Source: Patescibacteria group bacterium (GTDB lineage Bacteria > Patescibacteriota > Minisyncoccia > Portnoybacterales > UBA2143). Taken from it: a DNA stretch of 64,000 bases. The translations under genes and the position numbers were made by a program. Shown here piece by piece: positions 50,864-61,134 of the stretch (the first letter of the stretch is position 1; every line of letters begins with the position of its first letter). The notes below the pieces were generated by a model. The model was not told where the DNA came from, ran no database searches, and saw nothing but the letters and a program-made list of their open reading frames with translations. The DNA lies in assembly GCA_018830295.1 (NCBI GenBank), contig JAHJSM010000002.1, positions 115,131-179,130 of the forward strand, given 5' to 3'.

Positions 50864-51826
50864 CTAAAAAGATTCTTGATACCTTTCCTTTCGTCCTTGC
50901 CGATTAAGAACATTGACTATTTCTAGTATTTTACCAAACTGCTCTTCTTCATCCGAGTAGCAATAATTTAAAGAATATTCTGGTCTAATAAAATTATATT
51001 CAAGAACTTCTTTGTCGTTTAATCTTTTTCTCCTTAGATTTTTACCAGAAATAGGATAAACTGCTTCAATTAATACTTCGGGTGTTATTGGAAAATAATG
51101 TTTTCTCTCTAAAAAACTTACTCCATAAAAACTCTTTTTTTCTGGAAACCACTCAATTACTGGAGTGTCAGAAGTTATGAACCTGTATTTTCCTGTAACG
51201 ATGTAAACTCGCCAATTTTTGGCATAAATTAAATTAGCAAATCCCTCAACATCTTCAAAAAAATGTAGATGTTGAGCATTATTAAAGGTTAAACTATATT
51301 TTCCATCAATTATCATTTTTCTCATCTTCTTAATCTCTTTATCGCTTAAATTAATATTTTGTTTTTTAGCTAATTCTTTTGCCTTTTTAATGTAAATATC
51401 CTTATGCCCAGCATTTAAACCGTATAATTTCTTGGTCATATCTTCACTCATTCTATTCATTTGCTGTCTAAAATAATCGGTACGAATCCACATAATACTC
51501 ATTAAATAAGAGATATCATAACGTATATTATTACTAATATACTTATTGTCTTTTACTTGTTTACAAAAATAAGCAATAGCATTTACTGCTTTGTCTTCAA
51601 TGTTTTGCAAATAATCCTCTACTGCCTGACTCACATCATCTTGCTCTCCTGTTTTAACTCCATAAAAAAATTTCTCATAACAAACGCCACTATATGCTCT
51701 TTTTCTGCCTATCTTTTTATTTCTAATATCTAAAACAGACAATTTGCCATTATTGTCTGCAAACTGTTTTAAATAAAAACGAGGAACATAGTGCTGTTTT
51801 TTTGTAATCTGTTGTCTGTCTGGCAT
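50864..51826 (-). CDS. DUF4238-like protein
   Basis: QHYVPRFYLKQF, FITSDTPV and FPITP motifs. Confidence 0.8.
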   Translation of the reverse strand: MPDRQQITKKQHYVPRFYLKQFADNNGKLSVLDIRNKKIGRKRAYSGVCYEKFFYGVKTGEQDDVSQAVEDYLQNIEDKAVNAIAYFCKQVKDNKYISNNIRYDISYLMSIMWIRTDYFRQQMNRMSEDMTKKLYGLNAGHKDIYIKKAKELAKKQNINLSDKEIKKMRKMIIDGKYSLTFNNAQHLHFFEDVEGFANLIYAKNWRVYIVTGKYRFITSDTPVIEWFPEKKSFYGVSFLERKHYFPITPEVLIEAVYPISGKNLRRKRLNDKEVLEYNFIRPEYSLNYCYSDEEEQFGKILEIVNVLNRQGRKERYQESF

Positions 51827-51968
51827 ATACGACTTATTATGATTTTAATTTTTTATTTGTGTGTAAAAAGGCACCAAAGACAGATTAATTTTTTGTAATC
51901 CTCTTTTATTTTTAAAAAAGTTCCTGACGGCTTTTTACCTATTATATATGTCGCTCTAAAAAAATTTG

Positions 51969-52433
51969 CTAAAATTCTTTGTCAAATTGATTTTCCTTAC
52001 AATTAGTATACTCTCTATAAAAATAAGAGTATAATCCTGGAAAATCTTTGTTATATTCAGGTTTTAGCTCTTCACAATCAGTATCCTTCCATTCGCCCTT
52101 TGACGCTTTGTAGGTAATTCTACAAACATCATCTTTCTCAATATAGTTTTGGTGTAATACATTATTATAAGCCTCTCTTTCTTTTTCATATATTTCATAA
52201 CAATCTTTTTTTCTTTTAGCTATATACTCTTTATGTTCTTGTTCTGCCTTCACCTCTGATTCTTCCCTTTCTAATTCTAGCTCCTTCCTTTTTTCCTCTA
52301 ATTCTAATCTTTGTTGTCTTTCAATGGATTGTTGTTTATTATGCTGAACCCACACAAAACTTCCGCCTATTATCATTGCGGAAACTATAATTACAGCGGG
52401 ATAAACAAATTTATTTATATTTTTTATCTTCAT
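51969..52433 (-). CDS. Membrane-anchored hypothetical protein
   Basis: N-terminal TM, coiled coil, Cys-containing tail. Confidence 0.6.
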   Translation of the reverse strand: MKIKNINKFVYPAVIIVSAMIIGGSFVWVQHNKQQSIERQQRLELEEKRKELELEREESEVKAEQEHKEYIAKRKKDCYEIYEKEREAYNNVLHQNYIEKDDVCRITYKASKGEWKDTDCEELKPEYNKDFPGLYSYFYREYTNCKENQFDKEF

Positions 52434-52445
52434 ATTTAATTTTAA

Positions 52446-53825
52446 TCAAACAGCCACAACTTTTTCGATAATCTCGTCTATTTTATTTCTTTCTGTTTCT
52501 ATTTTTTGATTCATTTTTTCTTGTTTATCGAGTTCGGTCTTTATTTCGTCAACGATTTTTTGTTGATTTTTTAGGGGAATGTTTGGAATTTTAATATTTC
52601 CTAATGTTGTTGAATTTATTACAGGTTGACCTTTGGTTTTAACTACTTTTCTAATTTGTTTATTCCCAAAAACAGATTTCAAAAAATACATAACAAAATC
52701 ATTATTAAATCGGCTTAATCTAATAATTAAAATATTATCACTAGCAAATTTTTGAAAATCGTTTTTAATAATTCCAATTGGAATATCGGCGCTATCTAAT
52801 TTTGACCCAACACGACTAAATAAAATATCTCTAATCTTAAGGATAGCATTCTTGGAATTCGAAAATTTATAAGACATAATGCCACCATCAGAATTCAAAT
52901 CTTCAACTGAAATATAATTTCCTTCTTCTGCCACCTCTTTGTATTTCTCGGCATTACCCGCTTTTATAAAATCACTTATTTTCTTTAATTTTATAGTTTT
53001 TATTTTTTCTAAAAAATCTATATTATATTTGTGGTATTTAACTTTAAAAATTAGTAGTGGATCATTATTAATTTCACTAAACCCCGCCTCAAAAAAATTT
53101 TCTTTTTCTAATTCTTCAAATTTTTCTAAATCAAATCCAAACTCTCTCGCAAAAACTTTGTTGATAATTTTCTGAGCCGGAATAATTTGGTTTTTCATCT
53201 CTTTAATTTTTCTTTCGATTGGTTCAATTTTGACAACAATTTGGTCTTGAATATGTTTAGAAATTAAAGGTATTTTAATTTTCTTTAAATCGCTGTCCTT
53301 ATATGCAGATATTCCGATTCCTCGATAAATATGTTTATCTAAAATATTTCTTAATCTTTTTGTTCTTAAAATATACAAGATAAATTTTATATTCCATCCT
53401 TTTTTAATTTTGTAAATATAAAAGCCATTCGAAAAAACATAATTAGATAAATCTTTATTTTTAAAATATAAAGTTGGCGATTTCGCCAATCTTAAACTTG
53501 AAATTAAAATATTATCGTTTGAAGCTTTATGTTTTAATCTATTTGGATGATCTTCTGCAGTTACAGACTGATGCCCTTTAATTTCACCATCTTTATCCAA
53601 ATATGTTTGCCCCGTAGGAATTCCCTTATATTCTTCGCCTTCCTCATAATTAAATAAATTATAATCGTCCACAAGAATGTCTTTTAATGAAACTAAATTT
53701 TTATTTTTTGATTCAAATAAATTCCAATTTAAAAAATTTAAAAAGATATGATATTTCTCATCATTTCTTAGGAAAGAATCTTTTCTTAATTCCTGAAAAT
53801 CAATTGTAAATTGTTTTAGCGACAT
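52446..53825 (-). CDS. Restriction-modification specificity (S) subunit
   Basis: Two TRD-like regions each followed by IKIP..Q.[Q/K]IV helices. Confidence 0.8.
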   Translation of the reverse strand: MSLKQFTIDFQELRKDSFLRNDEKYHIFLNFLNWNLFESKNKNLVSLKDILVDDYNLFNYEEGEEYKGIPTGQTYLDKDGEIKGHQSVTAEDHPNRLKHKASNDNILISSLRLAKSPTLYFKNKDLSNYVFSNGFYIYKIKKGWNIKFILYILRTKRLRNILDKHIYRGIGISAYKDSDLKKIKIPLISKHIQDQIVVKIEPIERKIKEMKNQIIPAQKIINKVFAREFGFDLEKFEELEKENFFEAGFSEINNDPLLIFKVKYHKYNIDFLEKIKTIKLKKISDFIKAGNAEKYKEVAEEGNYISVEDLNSDGGIMSYKFSNSKNAILKIRDILFSRVGSKLDSADIPIGIIKNDFQKFASDNILIIRLSRFNNDFVMYFLKSVFGNKQIRKVVKTKGQPVINSTTLGNIKIPNIPLKNQQKIVDEIKTELDKQEKMNQKIETERNKIDEIIEKVVAV

Positions 53826-53830
53826 AAAGA

Positions 53831-54790
53831 TTAACCAATTCTTGTTTGATTTGGATTAAAATTTTCATCTTCGTTTATCCAGTCAATCTTAATTTTATCA
53901 ACTTTCCTTTCCCAGTCTCTTGTAGCTTTTCCAGAAATACAAACATTTTTAGTATTTTCAGGCTTTAGATAATCTAATATCTCAGATATTTTTTCTTTAT
54001 CTACGATACAAAGTATTTTTCTTTTGCCAATATCATCCTGCCTCCTTCTTGCTTGAAAAGCAAAATGATATTTATGTGCAAGCCCATAAAAATCGACAAA
54101 TTGACCTATAATCTTTATCTCTTCCGCATTTTCTTCGTCAAAAGGTTCTCGGATTCTTTCGTCAATTGAAAAAGTATCATAATCATCAAAATATTTCTTT
54201 TCGCTAAATCGTATTTTGGCAACTTCATTTTCTACATTATTCTGTTTGTATCCAATTTTCATTTCTTCTTCTTTTCCTTTTTCTAACTGAACAATACCAG
54301 AAATATAAGGGGCTAACTTTTTATAATTTTCCCAGTATTTTTCTAGTATAGTTTTTTCCTCGCCTTTATGATTTTTTAAAATTACAAATATTTTACCTTT
54401 ATTAATTTTTCTTTTTCCTTCTATTATGTTTTTACCTTTAGAAAAAATCTTGAGAGCAAATTGTTCTCCAAGTGTTCCAAAAAACTTTTTACCAAATTCA
54501 CCAACTCCTATAGCTTTTAATCCCAACCCTATTAAGGCTATATTAACTGGCAGTGAGGTAGCCGCATTAACTAATAAAAAAATTAATTCTGAACAATTTT
54601 TATTTACACTTGATATCTTTAAAACAAACTGATCGTTCTTGTCTAATTTCAAAACTTCTTTTTGATATTTTTTAAAAACTTTATCTAAAGCCACCAAACT
54701 TCTTCCCGCTTTAGCAATATCAACACTTCCATCCTCTAAAAATGGACCGAAATACTTAATATAACCAATAAATTCTTCTTGACTAGACAT
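53831..54790 (-). CDS. Hypothetical protein inserted between R-M genes
   Basis: Intact 319-aa ORF with tight spacing. Confidence 0.65.
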   Translation of the reverse strand: MSSQEEFIGYIKYFGPFLEDGSVDIAKAGRSLVALDKVFKKYQKEVLKLDKNDQFVLKISSVNKNCSELIFLLVNAATSLPVNIALIGLGLKAIGVGEFGKKFFGTLGEQFALKIFSKGKNIIEGKRKINKGKIFVILKNHKGEEKTILEKYWENYKKLAPYISGIVQLEKGKEEEMKIGYKQNNVENEVAKIRFSEKKYFDDYDTFSIDERIREPFDEENAEEIKIIGQFVDFYGLAHKYHFAFQARRRQDDIGKRKILCIVDKEKISEILDYLKPENTKNVCISGKATRDWERKVDKIKIDWINEDENFNPNQTRIG

Positions 54791-54802
54791 AAATTATTAA
54801 AT

Positions 54803-57172
54803 TTACTCCCACTCAATATTCCTCATATAATCCAAAGCTGTTTTTTCTATATTATCATCAACCAAGATCTCCCCCTTATTATTTGTCCTGAAAAGTTCGT
54901 TTGGCATTGGTTTTTCGCCTCTTTTTGTTCTTTTGTATCCTACATTTTCTACTTCTGCCATAAAAATTTTGTAATTCAATTCTTTGGCAACCTCGCCGAA
55001 TACCCACCACGAATTTACAAATCCAAAAGTATCTTTTGTATCATTATTGTATTTACACAAATCCCCTAATTCGTTTTGATATTTTTCCACCAATTCTTTA
55101 ACGGAAAGTTTTTTATCGTCTTGTTCAAAATAATCTTTTAGCATTCTTGTTAAAATTGTTTTTTCTTCCGTCTCTTTCAGATTTTTAATAGAGGGCAATT
55201 TTTTTCTGTCTTTTCCTTCAAGATATACTGCCGTTAAATTTTCGCATCTGGTTTTTAGATTATTCCATTCGTTAGAGTATTGACTCCAAAGATTATTCCA
55301 TTCTTCAATTTCCGATTTTGTTTTCTTTTGCGCGAAAAGCAAACTGGTTTTTGTTGAAGTGAACGGCTCAAAAGCCAACTGGGGCAAAGAAACAACCGCT
55401 TTAACTTTAAAATATTTGTAAATAAACAAGCGGATATATTTATTCTCTGTCGTGTCAAAAACGCTTTCCGGCAAAACAGCGCCAAAGCGACCATTCGGTT
55501 TTAGCAATTGATACCATCTTTCTATGAAAAGATTTTCTGAATTCTTTTTTTCACCAAAAGCAAACCCCTCCTTAACATTCTTTTGAGTATCATCATCCAA
55601 ATTAACGCTAAAGGGCGGATTCGTAATAATCACATCAAATTGTTCGTTAATTTCTTTGTTAAAATAAGTTTTATCTGTCTTTGATTTTTCTAATTTATTA
55701 GAATAAAAAGAAAAAGGGAGAAGACCGTCTTTTACATAAATATTAGCTGAACCGTCGCCGTGTAAAATCATATTAACCTTGGCGGCTGTACCTAAATTAA
55801 AATTAATGTCAGTTCCATAAATAAACTCCTCCGCCCATTTATTTTCAAGATTGTCGGGATAAAACCAATTTTGTATTTTATTTTCTACATTTTGGGAAGT
55901 TTCAATTTTGCTTCTAAATCTTCTTTTAACATTTTCGGTAATAAACTTCATATATTCAATCAAAAAAGTTCCGCTGCCCGCGCTTGGGTCTATTAAATAA
56001 GGAATTTCCAAATCTTTATTAATTCTATCTATCGCAAGTTTATCAAGTTGTAGTCCCCAAAGCAGAAATCTTACGATGTTGATGTGAGTAAAAAATTGAC
56101 CTTTCGTCTGTTTGAATCCTTCTCTGATAATCCCTTCAAAAAAATCTCCCAAAATATCTTTTCCATCAAAACTATTTTTCCCATCTACGAAAGAATAGCC
56201 TTCTAATTGGGTTATTGTATATTTAAGTTTGGCAAGAGAAAACTTATTTTCGTCAATGACAAAAGATTTTTTTAATTTTGTTTTATCTGTGATATTTAGC
56301 CGTTGCTTTAATGCCCTTTTATATAGTTCGTTTATTCTTTCAAAAAGTTGTTCGTTGGATTCAAAACTTTCTCCGTCCTTAAAGGAAAAAATTTGAAAAT
56401 CATATTTCTCGTCTTTCTTCTTCTCGCTCTCATCTTGAATTTTTGCCAAGATAATATTTACCAGCGAAGAAAAAATATCATTATCATCCATTCCTCCGCC
56501 GCCCCATAAAACATTGTGTAGATTTTTCCTAAGACCATCTAGCTGCTGATGGGTAAAACTTGCTTCTAAATCTTTTTTACCACCTTTTATGTATGGTTCT
56601 TTTTGCGCTTTTCCGTATCTTTCGGGTAGTTCATTAGCAAAATCCCTCGCTTCTTTCCATAAACTAAAAGAAGAAAATTTTTCATAATCAATAATAATAC
56701 ATTTGTCCTTTATCTCGTTTTCTACTATTTCAACTGTATATAAAACAAGATATTTAACTTTCTTGCCCTGCCCTTGCTCCTGCGAAGCAAGATTGAAAAG
56801 TTGTTTTTCTATAGTCTCGTCTTTGTCTTTTTCGTAATCCTGCGGACTTTTAAGTTCTATGTATAAAAAAGCGTTTCCGTCGTTATCTCGCACAATTATA
56901 TCTATCCTCGGTTTATTGACTTTTGGTCTGCCGATATCATATTCTTTTTCAATCTCAATATTTTTAGGATTATAACCTAATTCGTTGACTAATTTTGCGA
57001 GGATATACGCCCTAACAATTTCTTCATCTCCAGCTATTTTGTTTATTTTCCTATGCTGTATAATTGGTGCGTCGTATTTTATTTTGGACTGATCCAAAAG
57101 AGGAAAACTCGCAATTTGAATTTTGTTGCTTTTTAGGTAGTCTATAATTGGCGTTTGAATTTCTTTATTCAT
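54803..57172 (-). CDS. Fused endonuclease/N6-adenine methyltransferase (HsdR_N + HsdM-like)
   Basis: EEIVR..RIDII..IELK nuclease; GQFFT, DPSAGSGTFL and NPPF motifs. Confidence 0.88.
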   Translation of the reverse strand: MNKEIQTPIIDYLKSNKIQIASFPLLDQSKIKYDAPIIQHRKINKIAGDEEIVRAYILAKLVNELGYNPKNIEIEKEYDIGRPKVNKPRIDIIVRDNDGNAFLYIELKSPQDYEKDKDETIEKQLFNLASQEQGQGKKVKYLVLYTVEIVENEIKDKCIIIDYEKFSSFSLWKEARDFANELPERYGKAQKEPYIKGGKKDLEASFTHQQLDGLRKNLHNVLWGGGGMDDNDIFSSLVNIILAKIQDESEKKKDEKYDFQIFSFKDGESFESNEQLFERINELYKRALKQRLNITDKTKLKKSFVIDENKFSLAKLKYTITQLEGYSFVDGKNSFDGKDILGDFFEGIIREGFKQTKGQFFTHINIVRFLLWGLQLDKLAIDRINKDLEIPYLIDPSAGSGTFLIEYMKFITENVKRRFRSKIETSQNVENKIQNWFYPDNLENKWAEEFIYGTDINFNLGTAAKVNMILHGDGSANIYVKDGLLPFSFYSNKLEKSKTDKTYFNKEINEQFDVIITNPPFSVNLDDDTQKNVKEGFAFGEKKNSENLFIERWYQLLKPNGRFGAVLPESVFDTTENKYIRLFIYKYFKVKAVVSLPQLAFEPFTSTKTSLLFAQKKTKSEIEEWNNLWSQYSNEWNNLKTRCENLTAVYLEGKDRKKLPSIKNLKETEEKTILTRMLKDYFEQDDKKLSVKELVEKYQNELGDLCKYNNDTKDTFGFVNSWWVFGEVAKELNYKIFMAEVENVGYKRTKRGEKPMPNELFRTNNKGEILVDDNIEKTALDYMRNIEWE

Positions 57173-57282
57173 AAAAGTTTTAGTTATATTTTTTTATTAT
57201 ATTTAAAGTTCCTCCCCCTCATATTACCCCAACCAAAAAAACAAATCAAACGAAAACCCGCTTGGGGGCGGGGTTATAACTC

Positions 57283-57348
57283 TTACCATTCGCAGACTCT
57301 TTTGTCGTTGTCTCCGTCTAAATGATGAATGTCATCGCCGGTTTTCTC
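57283..57348 (-). pseudogene. Excalibur-like Ca-binding domain 3' remnant
   Basis: Translates EKTGDDIHHLDGDNDKRVCEW*; next to a palindromic repeat. Confidence 0.5.
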
Positions 57349-57595
57349 TTAACGAGGTTCGACCTACGAGCGCGACCTTAAGAAATGTCGCTACTCTTAA
57401 TGTCAAACCTCTTTGCTTACCATCCTATCCCTCTCATTTTACAAACCTAACTGTCGGATATGTATCTGAACCTATACACCAAAAAACTGGCTGTTTCAAC
57501 GGAAAAATCTGGGGACAGTCCCCGCAGCAGGGACTGTCCCCAGATTAAAATCAATAGCCACTTGACAAGGTTTCTATATTTGATATTCTATTATT

Positions 57596-57691
57596 AGGGC
57601 TGGCAATAATACCTTTTGAAGCGCTCGGGTGTTCTCTCCGCAGATGCGGAGATCATAAAGCTCGAGAGTCCGTTTCAAAAGACGCCGCTCT
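57596..57691 (+). ncRNA. Candidate hairpin ncRNA convergent with the DUF3800 gene
   Basis: TTGACA promoter at 57562; four nested stems. Confidence 0.55.
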
Positions 57692-57709
57692 ACAAAAGAT
57701 TCCGATAAT

Positions 57710-58373
57710 TTATCGGGATTTTTTGTTTGCCCAATAATCCTTAAAAAGTTCGTTAGACGCGATGATGCTGTTTCTAAGCATTGCGAAAAAATGCTCGCCG
57801 TTTTTTCTTTCATTGTGGTATCTAAAAAGAGCCCCGCAAATCCAATCTGCTATTTGTATATTAGGACTAGCGGAAGAATTTAACGCTTCAATTTGAATAA
57901 CCGCTTTTGCTGGCAATTTTGGCAACAAATCTAATTTTGTAATTTCATTAAATTTTGTTTGAGAAATTTTTTTCAGATGCCTTTCGTCTCGGAATACTCT
58001 GAATTCTAAGTCAGTAGTAGGCAAAAGAAGATGAAGGGTTTGAACAATAACTTCGGCATATAAATAGCCGCTATCCAAACTTTTCTTTTTTCGATATTCC
58101 AAGGGGATGTTGGACTTATTAAAAAAGGCGTAAAATACCCTGATGTCTTGTTCAGTAAAATATTCAAGCGTTTTTACGGAGGTTTTCATCTAATCCTGTG
58201 TCTGAAAACTTAACTTCTGTTTTATAGCGAAGTTTCTTTGGAAATTTTGTATGTTGCCATTTGCGAAAGGCCTTGGATGTTCTTTTGTGATTGTTTGTGA
58301 TAAATCCGCCCACGACAAAATTACGCTCTTTGTTCCCTGTAAAATTACCTGATTCATCAAGAAAGATAAACAT
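57710..58373 (-). pseudogene. DUF3800-family protein split by a frameshift near 58170
   Basis: FLDESG N-terminus and IQIADWICGA C-terminus in different frames. Confidence 0.75.
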
Positions 58374-58462
58374 ATTCCCCCTAATTTTACCCCAACCAAC
58401 AAGACAAATCAATCAAAAAAACCCGCTTGGGGGGCGGGGTTAACCGAGTTTCCTAATTATAA

Positions 58463-59524
58463 TTAATCTTTCTTTTTCTTGTTTTCTAAAATCTTTTTTA
58501 CTTCTTTGTCAAAATCGGAAATATATTTTTTGTCCTGTATTCTTTCAAATTTTTTAAATTCTTTTTCCGCTAAGGCAATTGCCACCTCGTGCGATATATT
58601 CCCCGTATTTTGAAGAATGTCTTTTTCATTAAATTTTAAAAACGCATTCAATTTTTTTACCCAATCTTTCATATACATTACCCGCCCGGCTTCCGCCTGC
58701 ATTTCCGCAAAACTTAAATACATATCAACAATCCTATTTAACTTATCAATCTCGTTTTCCGCCAAATAATTTTTCGCAACTATAACATCGGTTTCTCTAA
58801 TTTTCCCTTTTGGCGCGTATTTCCATGTCGTCAGTCCCATATTGGACTTTTTACTGTTCACTCTCTTATGAATTATTTCCGCGGCTGTTTTGCCGGTTAT
58901 GGCAAAATGAAGCTTATTTTGCACTGTGGCAAAAAATTGTTTAGTGATATTATTAGTCGGCGAATAATCGGCGCTGCATTGCGCGTATATGTCAGTTATT
59001 TTTTGATATAATCTTCTTTCACTTGAACGAATATTCCGTATTCTTGCCAACTGTTCTTCAAAATAGTCCTGCCCAAAAATATTGCTTGGATTTTTAAGCC
59101 GTTCATCGTCCATAGTAAAACCTTTGATGATATACTCTTTGAGCCGTTCGGTCGCCCAGACGCGAAAATGTGTTGCTTGAGCGCTATTAACCCGATAACC
59201 AACAGAGATAATAGCGTCAAGGTTATAAAATTTTGTAGATTGTATTTGCGTTTTTCCTTTAATGGCGCCGTGTTTAGTGGTATGTTCCAAAATGGAACTA
59301 ACCGAATTTTCTTGCAATTCTCCGCTTTGGAAAATATTTTTAAGATGCTTGGTAATAGCTGGTCTTTGTACCCCAAACAAAACAGCTATCTTATCCTGCG
59401 TTAACCAAATATTTTCATCGCGCAAAAATATCTCTACTTTTACTTTCCCATTCGGAGCGGTATAAAGTAAAAACTCGGTAAAACTATTATTAATTGGCGC
59501 AATTTGTTTTTGTTTATTCACCAT
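58463..59524 (-). CDS. RhuM family protein
   Basis: YNLDAIISVGYRVNS, IRSSERR and QNKLH motifs. Confidence 0.9.
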   Translation of the reverse strand: MVNKQKQIAPINNSFTEFLLYTAPNGKVKVEIFLRDENIWLTQDKIAVLFGVQRPAITKHLKNIFQSGELQENSVSSILEHTTKHGAIKGKTQIQSTKFYNLDAIISVGYRVNSAQATHFRVWATERLKEYIIKGFTMDDERLKNPSNIFGQDYFEEQLARIRNIRSSERRLYQKITDIYAQCSADYSPTNNITKQFFATVQNKLHFAITGKTAAEIIHKRVNSKKSNMGLTTWKYAPKGKIRETDVIVAKNYLAENEIDKLNRIVDMYLSFAEMQAEAGRVMYMKDWVKKLNAFLKFNEKDILQNTGNISHEVAIALAEKEFKKFERIQDKKYISDFDKEVKKILENKKKKD

Positions 59525-59662
59525 AATTATTATTCTCTCCCTCTCAACCCATCCCCCTCATATTACCCCGACCCCCGAGACAAATCAATCAAAAAACTGG
59601 CTGTTTCAACGGAAAAATTTGGGGACAGTCCCCGCAGCAGGGACTGTCCCCAAATTAAGATA

Positions 59663-60340
59663 TTAAAGCAATTTTTTCTCCGAGAAACTAAAAACTTTAG
59701 TTTTGGCGATGATGATGTGGTCAATGACTTCTATCCCCATGATTTTGCCGGCTTCAACGATGCGTTTGGTGGTTGTGAGGTCGTCTTGGGACGGTTCGGG
59801 GTCACCGGAGGGGTGGTTGTGGACTAAGACAATCGCGGCAGCGTTTTTTTGGAGGGCGTATTGAAAAATTTCTCGGGGGTGGACTAAATTCGCGTTGAGT
59901 GTACCGACAAACATTGGCTTTTTGAAAATCATTTCGTTGCGGGCGTTGAGGTAAATAACCATCAGATGTTCTCTTGTTTTGTCGCGCATATAGGAAACTT
60001 GGGCGATAATGTCTTTAGGCGTTTTGATAATTGGCGCGGTCTCGTCTCCGACGCCGATGGCGCGTTTGGTTAATTCCACGGCCGCCAAAATGACGCATGC
60101 TTTGGCTTGGCTAATCCCCTTGATTTCGGTCAGTTTCTCGTATGTTAAATTGAGGAATTTTTTGCGGGGGTATTTGGATAAAACCAACTTTGCTAATTCA
60201 AGAACATTTTTGCCTTGATAGCCGGTTCCTAAAAGAATCGCCAAAAGTTCGGCGTCTTTCAAATTTTGCGGTCCCCTATCTTTCATTTTCTCCCGCGGCC
60301 GGTCAACCGACGGAATATCGCTGATTTTAAATTTTTTCAT
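59663..60340 (-). CDS. radC: RadC/JAB domain protein
   Basis: RPREK, VHPREIF, HNHPSGD and DHII motifs. Confidence 0.92.
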   Translation of the reverse strand: MKKFKISDIPSVDRPREKMKDRGPQNLKDAELLAILLGTGYQGKNVLELAKLVLSKYPRKKFLNLTYEKLTEIKGISQAKACVILAAVELTKRAIGVGDETAPIIKTPKDIIAQVSYMRDKTREHLMVIYLNARNEMIFKKPMFVGTLNANLVHPREIFQYALQKNAAAIVLVHNHPSGDPEPSQDDLTTTKRIVEAGKIMGIEVIDHIIIAKTKVFSFSEKKLL

Positions 60341-60521
60341 GATTATATTTTTAATTATATCTTTTTGAACGAAGCGGGTCAATCAAAAAACTGGCGCGGT
60401 TTTTTCCACGCCAGTTTGTTATATTATCCCTTTTTCTTGATTTTTACTCAAATTTTTTGTATCATAAATATTGTATTGGATGTTCTTGTTCTTTTTACTA
60501 ATTTCAGAAAGGAGGGCTGAA

Positions 60522-61079
60522 ATGACTATTGTTTTGAATTTGGCTCAAGCGCGGGCGAAGAGACAAAAAATGGCGCCTGAATCTTTAAACGAATTTCTCA
60601 AAAGGGCGACGAAATTGATTGGTAAAATTTCCACGCGCCAGGATAGCAGCGTCATTGCTACAACAAGAAGTATCGGTGGGTTAAAGAGAAGAATGGAAGG
60701 AATGATCGCGAAGAAAATCATCAAAGCGAAGATGATTGATAAGGGTTTGTTTTTATGCGGCATTTATATTCCGCAAATATTTGTGGAATATTTATCTTCT
60801 TCTCCGGAAAGTTGGCTAGCTGTTGACTATTCTTCGTGGGCGATTAAGCGAAAAAACGCTTTTGTTTTTAAGAAAGGAGGAGATGTTTGTTTTCTGATTT
60901 GCAGTATTTTTCCTGAACGGACGAATTGGCGAACAATGAGCGCTGATTATTATCAGAAAATGGGAGAAAGTTTTTACCATCAGTTTTACACTGAAAGCAA
61001 AAAAGAGATTGGTTACCACATGAGTAGTAATTTCGAAACAATGGTTGGTATAACAAAGGAATGTGTTCCTTTGATTTAA
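60522..61079 (+). CDS. Hypothetical protein with own promoter, SD and terminator
   Basis: TTGATT-17-TATCAT, SD AAAGGAGG, terminator about 61088-61115. Confidence 0.7.
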   Translation: MTIVLNLAQARAKRQKMAPESLNEFLKRATKLIGKISTRQDSSVIATTRSIGGLKRRMEGMIAKKIIKAKMIDKGLFLCGIYIPQIFVEYLSSSPESWLAVDYSSWAIKRKNAFVFKKGGDVCFLICSIFPERTNWRTMSADYYQKMGESFYHQFYTESKKEIGYHMSSNFETMVGITKECVPLI

Positions 61080-61134
61080 TGAAAATAAAAAAACCGCCTG
61101 TTAAAGACGGTTTTTTGTTTTGTTATCCATTTTT

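Larger units (their letters stand above)
57213..59596 (-). repeat. Second terminator-promoter module family (about 57213-57276, 58376-58443, 59552-59596)
   Basis: AACCCCGC..GCGGGTTTT hairpin (two copies) plus TTGATT-17-TAAAAT/TAATAT before successive genes. Confidence 0.75.

Noticed and set aside
31900-60400. CRISPR array or classical integron
   Set aside because: Repeats are separated by whole genes, not spacers; no cas genes, intI or recognisable attC seen
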